A DNA stretch of 64,000 nt from Tubiluchus corallicola (Eukaryota > Animalia > Priapulida): NCBI GenBank assembly GCA_030141605.1, contig JAQGDQ010000183.1:1-64000 (forward strand). Reading direction: 5' to 3'. This document shows positions 24,901-60,590 of the stretch, in pieces. Position numbers and translations under genes: made by a program. The number at the start of each line of letters is the position of its first letter. The first letter of the stretch is position 1. The notes beneath the pieces are model-generated. The model was not told the DNA's origin and did not search any database. It saw only the letters and a program-made list of their open reading frames with translations.

Positions 24901-26635
24901 GAGTTAAACATGTGCCTGTCTCTGTTACGCCTACCAGTTTTCTACTGGGAAACCTTGTGTAGAAAAGGCTATAACATAGGTTGTTGTGAACCTGTTAGTT
25001 TACTAACAATTCTTTACTGTTTTCCGCAGAATCAATCTATGTATGTAGTATATTCAATTTGTTATTAAAATACCGTTTGAACTAATGCAATACAATTAAT
25101 TTGTTCATATCAACCAGGGCTTTACGTTCAGTGTTGTGGAAGTCCTAGCACAGCGAGGGTATGGGGTTTACCATACTAAACTCCGCAAAACCATTTTCCA
25201 GCATAGAAACTCTAAACCCCTCCTCCAGATGGCAAGGTAAATAGAAGGCAGAAAGTCAACCCTCCTATACACAAATGACGACATGTGATGACAACTGCAC
25301 AAAAAATAACAAATTATGTAGTGAAACACAATTTTTTTATGTTACAACATGACATGTACACAAGTACTAGACAGAAAAAGTGAATTTAAACATACTATGA
25401 CAATAGAGCGATTGTTTTCACGTCGCCGACCGAGACTTTCCGGGAAAGATCTTCCCCAGTAGAGTGTCACTACATAGTAACTGATTGAGACTTTCCCGGA
25501 AAGATCAATCCAGGAGAAAATAATCGGGGGGGGGGTCATGACTTGTAAGACATCTGAATTTTCCCGGAAGACGATACTCTTTTTGAGTTGTACGAAACTT
25601 CTTATTTTTCTAGAGTATAAATTGCATTTTTGAATTAGGTGAAGTGAATTATACGTATTTTGATTAAGTGGAACAATTTTTTATTTAAGTTGTGCAAAAT
25701 TTTGAGCTAAACGATACTTTTTGTGGGAAAAACAAAGGATTTCATCTGTTCCACTGAAATTTTTTGAGGTAGGCGAAAATTTGAGTTATGAGGTTTCGAG
25801 TCGGTGCTTTAGGTTTGCTGTTACGGAATGTCCTAGCACAGCGAGGGCAGATTTCCCTCATTTTAGAACCCTGCCTGCCCAACGTCTACAACAGACGTAA
25901 TGGGCATGATGATGATGACGACGGTGACGATGGTAACAATGACGACGAAGTGAAGATGATGATGATGATGACGATCATGATGATAAGTCTTACTGTAAAG
26001 AAAATGAACACATGAAAGATTGTTATTCTCGGCTCGCAACTTGTTGTATCACACACCATAACGAACACGAACCTTGGATCATTGCTATTTATTCGTAATG
26101 CATTTTAAATGCTGATAATTTCTTTCAGCCATGATAAATTAATTGACATCATAATTTATGTACATTAAACAATCGGATAAAACATTGAAACAAAGCTCTG
26201 AAATGCAAATATCACACAAGAATAATAATCATTCCTCACTATCTAGTAATCCCTTACCAGTATCTGATCCACTAAGTCATCTAAAACGAAAAACGTAAGC
26301 CCAGTAAATCGAAAATCTTTTTGTACATATCATATAAACCTTTATGTACAATAGCATGTCAACAAACAGTACTTCCTCGACAACTTATAGATAATGTCAA
26401 TGGTAGCACAAAGTAGAATTTTGAACTATACATATCACACGTGGAATGGGCAGCCCAGATACCCCGACTCTGCCGTCATTCTGTTCACGTAGACCAATAT
26501 CTGATAACTAATCCCACAATGCTTTCTGTCTATGTGAAATAATTGTAAATCGATGATTGGCATCTTTGGTAATCTTGAACGTGACGAAGATACGGCATCG
26601 GCAGAGCCCTCTGTGGTGTTTTTTCGCCTCGAGTC

Positions 26636-49237
<22,602 letters not shown>

Positions 49238-49720
49238 ATTAATCCAGAATACTTGTGCGTATGTTTGTCGTTCTACCTAAGCAATAAAAAATTACATAAC
49301 TGTTTTACACGTGTATCTTAAATTTTATACAGAAGAAAAGCACCTAAGCCATAAACAGACAGACAGATAAAACAGACAATACGGATATTGACAACCAGCA
49401 TCGTTTGTTCTACATGCGATCAAACAAATTACTTTGATATTTTCCTAACTGCAGTACAGAAGTCAAACAAACTTTTGTTCAAAGCATATTGCTCTAACTT
49501 TTATTGTGCCGCATTATGGAATAACTTTTGCGACTACAGTTCAAGGAATTTAAAGTGGCTTATAATAAAGGGATCAGAATTTTGTTTAATCTACTTTATG
49601 ACTGCTCGGCTAGACAAATGTGTACAGAACTAAAATTGCCATATTTTGATTTTATCAATAGAAGATCTATTTATTCACTAAAAATTAAAACTACTGACAC
49701 CTACAATGATTTGATAAGTA

Positions 49721-50934
49721 CAGTAGCCGCTTAATAGACTCACTTTGGGATCGGCGTGTTTTGACCCAATTAACCGACTGAACCTATTAACCGATGGGTG
49801 TAGTGTTAAACGAAGTAATGCCTAAATTCCTTTGTGCAGTTAAAAATTAGAGAAAATATTTTAAAATATTAATTTATATAAGTGAATTAACAATAAATGA
49901 AAAAGTATACATTTCTAAATCACATAGGTCTGAATTAGGCATGACTAAAACAGTTCTGTATTGTCTGCTTACTTACATTGCTCCATGACATAGCCAGTAA
50001 ATAGCCATCTTTGTCTATTAACTCATTAACCTGAAAGCGTGATTTGCAACTAGATCATCAAAATGAAACGGCTAGGCGAGTAATTAGATGTTTAGCTTCC
50101 AGAAATTCTTTGGATAACGAGGTTAATTGCAGTGGGCGAGCAGGTAACAAATTCAAAGAGAAATTGCTATGCTAGCGTACTAGTGCATAATAAACGTACC
50201 TGTTTACAAACAAAACGGTACTTAACACGATTGTTTCTACATAATGCACAAAAGGGAAGTAAAGATGACATAAAAGTAGGAAAGGCTGTTTGGGCACATA
50301 CAAATGTCTTATTTTAAGTAGGTGAAGGAAAAATATTGAGTCAATTAAGCGAAGTTATTTGAGTCAATTACAGATAGTTTTATGTATACCGTATTTTCCC
50401 GTGTATAAGAGACCCTTGTGTATAAGAGACCCCTTCAATTTTTAGGCAAAAATTCTGGAAAAAAGTTTTTTCAGACGGACATTTTTAGAGGGTAAAGTAC
50501 AACTTTTTTCAACTCAGTGCGGTACTGAAAACAAAATAAAACCAGTTAATGTGTTGTAGAAAAAGAGTACTGGTATATATTAAAGTGCGTACCTGCAAAC
50601 CTGTAACAGGAAAAGAGAAAACGAGGAGATAATGCCTGTGTCACGATGCTTGTATTGCTTACAACCGCTTCATAGTCGAACGCGACACGCAAAACAGTTG
50701 TAGAGCACTTATTTCTTTAAAATCATTAGTGTCACAATTTATGCATCTTATTGAAAAGACTTACTCCCATGTATAAGAGACCCCCTATTTTTAAAGTGAA
50801 AATTCTGAGCAAAAAAGGGTCTCTTATACACGGGAAAATACGGTATTTGGATAGAAGCGACCCGTTCCAGGCGTTTTTGAGTCAATTAAGCGATTGAGTC
50901 TATTAACCGTGAGTCTATTAAGCGGCGACTACTG
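49721..50934. mobile_element. pogo/Tigger-like MITE, TA TSD
   Basis: TA|CAGTAGCCGCTTAATAGACTCAC ... GTGAGTCTATTAAGCGGCGACTACTG|TA. Confidence 0.88.
50389..50843. mobile_element. Tc1/mariner-pogo MITE nested in the previous element
   Basis: Perfect 27-bp TIR CCGTATTTTCCCGTGTATAAGAGACCC, TA TSD. Confidence 0.93.
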
Positions 50935-51338
50935 TAATATATTTAACAGTGACCGTTTATTTATATCTAGGTTGTATAAGCATTGGAATAAATGCCTGTG
51001 TACTGCTGCCCAATAAATCAAGCTGTACATATTGTAAATACTTAATTAACTGTATTTAATTTTGAGAAACTACTAAGCGACAATTGCTATATTGATTTAT
51101 GATGCTTGTTTGTTAATTATGAATTGTATTGTATTGTATTGTACTATATACACTTTGTTCTGAAGTAAAAGTATTTAATCAAATCATTCAATCAAACTAG
51201 TTTTGTGCCTGTAAAAAATAAATGCTACAGTATGGGAGCTGTGATGTGAACGTGACGGGAATTGAACGAAGCGTCTCATTATTTTCCCCTTGAACAAAGG
51301 ATTCATTACATAAAAAAATTAATGGGGTTAGATATAGA

Positions 51339-51848
51339 CAGAGTGCAAAAGATTATGGATATGTATAAAATAAATAAAATAGCTTATTTTATGGATTTTT
51401 GAAATTTTATTTTATGGATATCAATAAAATAAGAAATAGACTATATCTGGAACGAGATGCCCAGGGGGAAATCAATTAAAAAGTAAAAACAGGAGTGCTT
51501 GAAACGTGTTTTTAAACATGCAGGACTTAGTTTTAATTTTATCGGTTTCGTTTTAATTTTATCGGTTTCATATCACTTCAAATTTAATCAAATTTTACGA
51601 GACATTGCCTTGTAATTCATCACTTCAGTTCAAATAATTCATTTATTTGGTACGAATGTAGAATGCCCTCTACGCTGAAGTTTCCGATCCAATGCCTGTA
51701 TTCAGTTTTGATTGCCTTATTTTGTACAAAAAATCACAAAAAAAAATATTTTTTTATTTTATGCATTTCTTATTTTATGGATTTTTCAAATTTTATTTTA
51801 TGGATTTTTGGTCTTATTTTATGGATATCCATAATCTTATGCAGCCTG
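51339..51848. mobile_element. MITE with 8-bp TSD (hAT or P type)
   Basis: TIR CAGAGTGCAAAAGATTATGGATAT / ATATCCATAATCTTATGCAGCCTG; TSD GATATAGA. Confidence 0.88.
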
Positions 51849-51849
51849 G

Positions 51850-52470
51850 ATATAGATCTTTTATTCATCTATTTAGCACAATACAAAAAAGCATTGAGAA
51901 TTTTGATGAGGACAGAGATGCTCGTAAAATATTGAAAGTACTGCGCAAACAACTACTAAGGGCTGTTGGTATGAAAGTGTGGAAGAAATGGCATATAAAT
52001 ATGGTTTAAATAAAAGCGAACGAACGAGTCATTAGATAAAAAACGAAATCGTTTTAGAAAACGAAATTAAATGTGCGATAAACCAGTATTTAAAAATTGA
52101 GATGCAAAACAAAGCTGCGATTTTTGAGTAATGGAGTAAAATAGTGGGGTAAACCGATGAAAATAGTGCAGAAAAAACAAACACGTAACGAAATTACAGA
52201 GTGGAAAATTAAATATGGTCAGATTTAAAGCGAATTATAAAAATAACTTATAAAAAATAAGGAGATGTCAAATGCTTGTTATGTGAGAACAGTGAAGACA
52301 TTACTGAACATATATTAACATCTGAAAAACTGAAGTGAATGAAAGAATGTGTGCAAGTAATGTTGCAATTGATGATTTATATGTTGATAATGCAGATAAA
52401 TTGAAGGAAGTAAATGTCAGAATTAACGAAGCTCTAAAAGTAAGAAAGTTGTTGGCAGCTGATTTTTAGA
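51850..52470 (+). mobile_element. Degenerate non-LTR retrotransposon ORF2 3' relic
   Basis: Frameshifted coding-like tract ending in a CLLCENSEDITEH zinc-knuckle-like motif. Confidence 0.45.
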
Positions 52471-52499
52471 TACGAAATTAAAAAAGAAGACAGCGTTAC

Positions 52500-53278
52500 A
52501 TGACTAAGTTTCGCAAGCAAGTGCCTTCAGACTGGAAAAGACGCCGATGTGAACCCGCTAAACTGCATTTAGCTTACTAACTTATTAAACGACGAACTGC
52601 TGTCTCGCTATTTCATTAAAATGTTATTCGTCCACAGTACAACTACAAGTACAGGCTACTTTACATACACTGGTGTGTGGGTGTCTAGAATGACAGTCAG
52701 GCTCAGTCAATTTCGGAAACAAATGTTGTCAAAGGTGTGAATCTTCAGAAAGTGCAAAACAGCGGCTGAAAAAAGTTAATGAAGTGTTCCGAAAACACGA
52801 AACGTCATTGATACTGATGATGTTTTAAGTAATAAAACAGGCGAAGACAGTCGACCATAGCTCACAAACAAATCTTACTGCTATCTACTGGACGACACAG
52901 CAACCATTTCTAAATTAGCTAAACAGCTAAAATTAGATTTTCAACTATAAAAGAATTCAAAAATTTTTAATTATAAAATTGAGTGAAACATTCTAAAATA
53001 AGGAATTGCATAAATTTGCTTACTACAAAAAGTATGAGTAGTTATACCAGAAAAATTCAAAACAGTAATTTTTCTTTTTTATTTTTCCCGCTAGAAGGCA
53101 AAACATGCGTCACGTACTCACTATTCAGTGGATTTTTGTGCAGTTTTGTAGCAGTTTTGTCTTGTTCTTTTGAAGGAAAATCGTAAAACAAGGAGCTTGT
53201 TCTTGGTCACTTATTAATTAGAACTATCTTCTGTTGTCACTGTCATTATTTGTAAAGTGTTAAAAGATTTAAGCAGCA
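52500..53278. promoter_or_regulatory. Putative divergent promoter region of TFCP2 and the tetraspanin
   Basis: Lies between TFCP2 acceptor 49276 and tetraspanin ATG 53279; minus-strand GTAAG donors near 52577 and 52878; Inr-like TCAGT near 53125; CpG-richer. Confidence 0.45.
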
Positions 53279-53341
53279 ATGGGTTTAATTGATTACAAAT
53301 GTTGTCGAAATTCCCTTGTGGGATTAAACGTATTTTACATT
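53279..53341 (+). CDS. Tetraspanin exon 1
   Basis: [21 protein letters not shown]|gtaagt. Confidence 0.88.
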
Positions 53342-56300
53342 GTAAGTAAAAACCTGATAACTGGTATATTACTGCAGTTTTTGAATCAATCGTTTTTGTA
53401 ATTCGGCTCAATTGTCTTATACAAGTGCCGTTATTTTTTGTAGTTTTGTTGCCGTATATTAGTAAGCGGTGCATATTTTATTACGCCCTACTTTGTGTTG
53501 ATGGATAGAGGTTAAACTAAAATATTACTTATTAGAGCTCTTGTGAGCCTCTCTAATCTTCTAAGTTTAGTTTCTATATTCGTATAAAAGAATCGCATGC
53601 TGTAATAATATCCTGTGCCACAACAACCTTTGCTACCGTACACCGTGGATACACATGATCCACTTCACCAAAACAGCGAGCAGACTGACATGAATAAAAA
53701 TGTCAGTTTGCAAGATCAAAACACGTATTTTGTCCACTTTGTATGTATAATTTTTTCTTTTCCACATATCAATGATTACTGTTTGCTCATCTTTCATTAC
53801 ACTTTTAGCTGCAAGGGCTTTGTGACATACAGTCGAACTTTTCTTAATTTATCTATGAGGGTATCACTAATATCTTGCACAGATAATTGCCATTGAAGCA
53901 GTCCAGGATTAACAAACCTTTTGGGATTGTACTCCCAATATTTCTTTCTCGGTTTTCTTTTTGAATGTTGAGCACTTACCCGCAATCGTCTGTAATAAGT
54001 TTGGAACACATTTCCCCTGTCATAAGTTTTCTTCAGTAATTTATGACATATGAACGTTGACAGCGCGTTATTTTGCGAAGAATTTCTCTTAGCATCTTTT
54101 GCACCTTATCCAAAGAAATGAGGACCTAGATGGTAATTATCTGCAAGTGGCCCTCCCTTGAAAGCCTCCCTTTGAACGTGTCAACTGATGAAGCACTAAT
54201 GGCTGATGATGGAAGACGATTCCATTGCTGGACAACACAGAAGTGACATCTGGTGTTGGTTCTAACTGGTTGCACGAATAACTTGATTCATGACCAGTGG
54301 CGGGTCATAGCTAAAATTAGTGAAGATGCTGCGGAATTAAAAATTTTTTAGCCATTGTTTTAATACTGTGTTATACGAAACAAACATATGTAATTTTAAT
54401 GTTGCAATTGTAATTTTAATCAAACAAACTAATTTATACACAAACTTGATAAACTCGTAAAAAAATTGTTGCCTTACAAATAGCCTAAATTGTCGCAGTT
54501 CAAGAACATGCCAATACAGTGCTTTCAAACACTTGACAACTGACAACACATACTGCGTGAGAGACAGTGCTTTTTCTACCTAAAGTACAGCTGCTTACCT
54601 CAGACAGAAACACCACGTTGCTTGAGCTGTGAAACAAATTGTACTTCCCGCACGTGCTAGGGTTTCGCACAAGTATAAAGAAGGAACTAAATAAAAAACT
54701 TATAGTGAATACCATTGATAACAATGAGTGAAAACAGGGGATGCTGTGCACAGTACCGCAGTACCTATACATGAGCCGCCACTGCTCATGACCTAGAAGT
54801 ACTCTGTGAGACCTGGAAAAAACTCTGACTCTGCCAGAATAAATCTTTTAAATCTTTTTATTTTCTTTTTATAGCTTGTTGGCTTCATTTTGATTGGCGT
54901 TGCGGCTGCATCAAAGAGCGCGAGCATCGTCACAAGTATGGGTGCTATCGGCGGAGTAATCGCATGCGGAATCTTCTTGCTGGTTCTCTCATTGATAGGA
55001 ATTTATGGAGCAGTGAAGCATCATCAAGTCTTGCTATTTTTCGTATCCTTTTGGTGTATTTTCTGATTTCCTTCTGCGCTGACAGAGTTTGTATAATAGT
55101 ATTTACATAGTAATACAATGCAATGGGTTAGTAGTTTTTACATTTCGTCCTGTAAATGGTAATTGCATCATTTGTCTCTAGCATATTGAGCTAAGTGCAG
55201 TACTAAAATATTTGGTTTCACCTGTTTTACAGGTAACATTAGCATTGTGTACTTATTGTTTATTGCTTAAATTTTCATAAGTAGTTAAAGTAATGTGGCT
55301 TATAAATTAATATATATAGCACCATAGTCAATAACGTAAATATTTTTATACATGCAGCATTGCCCCCTAGGTATCCTCCTGACTTTAATTTTTTCGAGAA
55401 CAATGAGCCCAATAAATTGCAGATCTGCATTCGGTGTAGAACAAAGCAATTACTACCTCACCATCACATTTTCACCAGCAATATCTGATACTAGTACCTG
55501 CCATTGATATTATAGGCTGGTTCAGTGTTTCATCTTAGATGGATTAGCATTGACAAGTAGTGATGAGCAATTAAATGATTAATCGAATTAATGGAGATTG
55601 CAACCTTGTGTAAATAGTTTTATTTGACGATTGTGCAGTAATTCAATTAATCGACGGCAAAATATACGCGTTACACACTGAATCGTTACGTTTTTTCTTC
55701 ATTTTTCTCATCTTCCGCAATGCACACAATGGTGCATACTGTGGGATCCAAATTCGTTGACGTGATGCGTGTAGTGATGTAGTCATATAGAGTAGTTAAC
55801 GAAAAAGCAGGTTTGTGCCAATAAAAATAGTTGCTGAGTACGAAAATGGCAGACAGCGATGAAGATGTTGTAGTTATATTTCACTGCAATCATTAATAAG
55901 TATGGCTCATGGGTCTGTAACAATGCTCCGTAATATCTTCTGTGGCAATACGTGTGTCATCAAAGTGAACCAGTATCGCGACATTCTGAATCATTGATAT
56001 TCAGCAAAAGCTTGGCTGTCTGCTGATAAAAACTGTGAGAAATTATTCAAGCTACAGCTATAGAATGTATTGTAGGTAAACTCCACAGAGTTTAACTCCG
56101 TGGTCATAATCAGTGCAGTGAGCACAGTGCTAGTAGAGGATCAGACTTGACATTGACCCAGGCACCAGACCAGACAAAGCCATGGGGTTGAAAGCACAAT
56201 GTGTTTGTAATCATATATGTAGTCCAGATTACTTTTTTGCTTCCAAGTTTCTGAAATTGTTTGCAGCAAATCTGGACTATAAAATGCGTCAGCATATTTT

Positions 56301-56914
56301 TAATCAAAAGTATTGAACTGCTTTGCATTTCTGGTGGCTTACAGTGCAAACGATACAAGAGCATAAACAGAAATCAAACAGTTTGCTGAATTATTTTAGC
56401 ACTTAGCAATCTTAATATATAAACTAGATTAAGCAACAACTTAATGTAGTTTTTTTCTATTAAAGCCTGCAAATGTTAACTCAATGTGTATCATGATACA
56501 TGTCGTGTCGTGAGGCCAGTATCGTGATAATGTATCATATCGTGACTTAGGTGTATCGTTACAGCCATAATGACCCACGCAATAAAAAAAATGTCGCAAC
56601 AGATTAATGGTGATATTGAAATACAAGAACAAGATGATAATCGAATTACGCCTTTTCAAAATCGCCCATCACTAGTACTGACATCTATCTTCGACTACAT
56701 TAGAGCTTATAATTGTTTTTTGGCAGCTTTAGCCATGTCACAGTTGAACTAATAACATAATATAGCGCTGTATTATAATTTGTATTACCTGGTAAACACA
56801 ATGAGTAGTGCAGCATAATATGATATGTGAAATAATAATGAAGACAAAAGTGGTTTTTGACTCTTAAACACACGTTTTTATCGTGTGTGTAATCATTTTT
56901 GATTTTTCTTTATT

Positions 56915-56949
<35 letters not shown>

Positions 56950-58396
56950 GAACAGAAATAAGCAGATGCAGTAAGCGCTTTCGGAGTTCAAGTGATTGAT
57001 GATGGCCGTAAAGAGGTCAAAGGTTAAATGTACTAGGCAATGCATTTGTGTACAATTGGCATTGCCTCGCAGCTCATGCTGTTGTGATAGTAACAATTTT
57101 AACAGCTAGCTAGAACCTTATCTATTTCATTTTTTCTTGTTCTCAAGCAAGATCCTGCCTAGTACATCACTCTGCACACAGACTAATGCATAACTAAGCA
57201 AACTCCTAATAAAACAACTGAAGTTACTAAACTGATGTGGCAGACAGCTTTGCTTTGCACATGTCTAGTGACGGTTATAGTTAAGGTGTGTTGCTGTTAC
57301 AGCTTTGCTTTAGACACATGTCACGTGACGGTTGTAGTCAAGGTGCATTGCTGTGGTACGCTTAACCTTTGACCTACAGCAACTGCACGCGCATAGCGAA
57401 ATAGTGAAAAGGCACATTGTAATACAAAGTTTCCCTAACTTATTTTAACAGTACATGGTTATTTTGTTTCTGGTTTTCTTGTTACAATTTTCACTGGCTT
57501 GTGCTTGTCTGGCAATGAAGGAAGAGAAACAGCTGGCTATAGTGAGATATGCATGGAGTGGCGTTGACCAAGACAAAGTCATCTTCAAGACTATAGAAGA
57601 ACCTCACAATTGTTGTGGATTAGACAGTGCATCAGACGCTACTGCTTATAAATGCAATGACGTAAGCTCTGTAACTTCTTACTCAGTTCGAAAAATTAAA
57701 GCATTTTTCGGATCGTGATTTTGACCCTGTTTCGCAAAGCCGTCGCTCACTTAAAGATTCCGTCACTATCGGTTCAGTAATTGGAATGACCACGTCATTA
57801 AGGTAGTGACAGCTTTGTGAAATCCGCCCTTGGATTTGTGACAAATAATCGATCGGAATTCTTTACTTATCAATAGAGTGTTTCTGATATAATTCTTACA
57901 ATTTTATTTAAACATAACTGTCTACTGTGACATGTCAGCTTTTCGCAATATTTTGAGCCTCATTTTGCCAAACTTATGCAAACATTTATTATGCTAATAG
58001 AGTTTGAACTTGATAGAGTTGAGTGATGCTTATTTAATTGCCTTTGATAACATTATCCGTTTAATCTGAGCGTTCTCTAATGCACTTGGTAAACGCAATT
58101 GCCGGCTTCTTTAAACTGAATTAATGTAACTGGATGATTGTGAAATGAAAAAAAGTTTTTAGAGCAATTACTATACTCCATTTATACATCCCTGTCTCTT
58201 TCTGAATTTCTCTCTCTCTCTCTCTCTCTCCCTCCCTCTCTCTCTCTCTCTCTCTCTCACTCTCTCTCTTTCTCTTCCCGTCTGTCTCCAGCTTTCTCCT
58301 TCCCTTCTCTCTCTCTCTTTCTCCTTCTCTTTCTCCCTTTCTCTCTCTCTCTCGCTCTCTTTCTCTCTCTCGTTCTCTCTCTCCCTTTCCTTCTTT

Positions 58397-58431
<35 letters not shown>

Positions 58432-59037
58432 CCTTTCCTTTCTTTCTCTTTCTCTCTCTCTCTCTTCCTCTCTCCTTCCTTCTCTCCCTCTCTTTCTGTT
58501 GTTTCTCAAATTTGTGTCTGTGTCTTCTAGTAAATTTATGATTTCATCTATATAAATCCTATGCCAACATTTCATCGACTTTGAAAAGTGGCGTGGAAGT
58601 TACGTAAAAGGTATTTTACATTTGAACGACGAGTCGCGCGGGAAAACTGCGCGATTTTTTTTCCTATGTATCCAGAAACTGACCTGTGTATAAATGGCGC
58701 ATTGCTCATGTAACAGCCTGTGAATTTTAAAAATCTGTCTGTCTAAAAATGTTGCTTTAGAACTTGTGTTTGTTTGTAGCATTTCCGTCAAATCCTATTA
58801 TGCTAAAGTATTAATATAACACTCCTAATGTTAGATTCCTAGTAATAAAAGGAGCTTTATGTTAATGGCTCTTTTAATGTGCTGTTCCAGCTTCCATGTT
58901 GTAAAGACGTACCTAAAAACCAAACGTGTGAAGGAGAAGGAGCTTGTCCTACCTGCTGGGATACATTTCTTAAAGACGATGTGAATAAAGCGTTGAAAGC
59001 CACGGGAGGTGTGGGTCTGTTCTTTGGCTTTTTAGAG
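53279..59037 (+). CDS. TSPAN31: Tetraspanin of the TSPAN13/TSPAN31 group; exons 1-4, final exon not located
   Basis: Exons 53279-53341, 54875-55042, 57452-57661, 58891-59037 (all phase 0); [20 protein letters not shown] motif, [11 protein letters not shown]. Symbol is approximate (co-ortholog of TSPAN13 and TSPAN31). Confidence 0.92.
54295..54784 (-). mobile_element. hAT-like MITE, family A
   Basis: TIR CAGTGGCGG/CCGCCACTG; TSD TTCATGAC/CTCATGAC. Confidence 0.85.
54875..55042 (+). CDS. Tetraspanin exon 2
   Basis: [11 protein letters not shown]...[12 protein letters not shown]. Confidence 0.93.
55043..57451 (+). other. U12-type (minor spliceosome) GT-AG intron
   Basis: 5' site GTATCCTTT; branch TTCCCTAAC at 57431-57439, ending 12 nt before the intron end. 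Confidence 0.9.
57452..57661 (+). CDS. Tetraspanin exon 3
   Basis: [21 protein letters not shown]...HNCCGL...KCND|gtaagc. Confidence 0.93.
58190..58500. repeat. (CT)n polypyrimidine microsatellite
   Basis: Visible repeat. Confidence 0.95.
58891..59037 (+). CDS. Tetraspanin exon 4
   Basis: LPCCKD...CPTCWDTFL...[11 protein letters not shown]|gtgagt. Confidence 0.93.
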
Positions 59038-59155
59038 GTGAGTGCTCACCAACTTTTTTTACTTTTTCACGATCAATTTTAATGTTGTGCTACGTTGAAC
59101 TGTATATTGCTAGGTTTAGTGTCTTTGCATACTGGTCGTTCATCATAGTGTCATC

Positions 59156-59612
59156 CAGGGATGAGAATTTTCAGCGGATACGTGGAATTCCGAGTTTTTG
59201 GAGGACCAGTAGTGCCATTTTTGTAAATAGCGTAAATTCGTTGAGAAAATTTTTACGGACCCAGTACATTATTTCACAAACTGACCGCTAGTTGGCAGGC
59301 CGTCACTTTGTTTACATCGCGTACATCAATGTAACCACGTGTATATCTCTATGTATAAAAATATAGAATCAATTGTGCAGAGTTATTTGAGTCAATTACA
59401 GACAGTTTTTATATACTTTTGCATATGAGCGGCCGGTACTTAGATGTTTTTGAGACAATTAGTTGGTTATCATATATCCTTGATAGTTGGGTATTTTAAA
59501 TTATGCATGAAACAAGGTAATTGATATTTTAACTCCACCTAGAGGCTCTCTATGGTCCCAAAATTGCACCAAAACCCCTGGCCTGTTTCGCAATTTGTCA
59601 TTTTCATCCCTG
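59156..59612 (+). mobile_element. hAT MITE with perfect 8-bp TSD
   Basis: GTGTCATC|CAGGGATGAGAAT ... ATTTTCATCCCTG|GTGTCATC. Confidence 0.93.
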
Positions 59613-60013
59613 GTGTCATCTTTTTGTTAAAACACAAGAAAACGCTCTTCCTAAATGAAGCCTAAAAATTTGCCTTGAGATTTATGTCACTTACATGTTG
59701 TCTTAATGCATACAGAGCTTGCGTTAGCAATTTTATACAATAACACTTTATAAAACGTGTAAATTTAAACTCTTGCGATGACCATTGGCCGCAGCTATTT
59801 TGACGGTAACTCATTTGAGACACGCTTAAGCGACACCGTATGAAGTTTGAAAAAATAACCACAGCATTTTTAGTACACACTTCACTAACTAAGCAAACAT
59901 GTAAGTTACTTTATGGAAAAGATCAATAATGTGTTTTTTTGGTGAATCAGTGATGCAGTTTTACCATATGACGTGAATAATTTAACGAATGTTCTTTTTT
60001 AGTTACATAAGTA

Positions 60014-60590
60014 CAGTGTTCCCTCCCTTATCACGGGTGTTCCGTTCTAGGCCCACCTGCGAGAAGTGAATTTCCGCGAAGTAGGGATGCTATACTTATT
60101 TTAGTAGTTATACATTATTTGAAATCTTTATAAACCCTCCCCACACTCTTATACATAACCCTTTCCCATTCCCTTAGTAACTTTTCCCATACTGTACATA
60201 TACCTTTTAAAAAAGTTTACTTAAATGTTCATAAAATGCTTACAATCAACCAACCGTGTGTTGTGTACTATCTCACGTTGGCAAGTAGCATCTCAAGCGG
60301 GTGCAAGTACTACATTTCGTTTTTGGTGTGTATTCATCCGCCGAATAAATACACTATTTACTGTAAATGGTAATTATTTATGATTTATAATATTTTATGC
60401 AAAATTCTTCAAAGCTATACATTACTGTACAATACGTACTACGCATGTGCAAAAATACTTTAGACGGGGTACTGCAAAAACCCGCGAAACAGCGAAAATA
60501 CAACGATAAATATTTTACATTAATATTTTTGAAAACCCGTGAAACAGCGAGTCCGTGACAAACGCACCACGAAGTAGGGAGGGAACACTG
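60014..60590. mobile_element. pogo/Tigger-like MITE
   Basis: TA|CAGTGTTCCCTCCCT ... AGGGAGGGAACACTG|TA. Confidence 0.9.

Larger units (their letters stand above)
49430..51190 (+). mobile_element. 3' fragment of an RTE-X-like non-LTR retrotransposon, split by a MITE
   Basis: LLFKAYCSNFYCAALW..KVAYNKGIRILFNLLYDCSARQM..RRSIYSL..NDLIS continues after 50934 as IFNSDRLFISRLYKHWNKCL; AATAAA and microsatellite-like tail follow. Confidence 0.7.

Noticed and set aside
58171-58575. ER-rich 134-aa ORF
   Set aside because: (GA)n microsatellite
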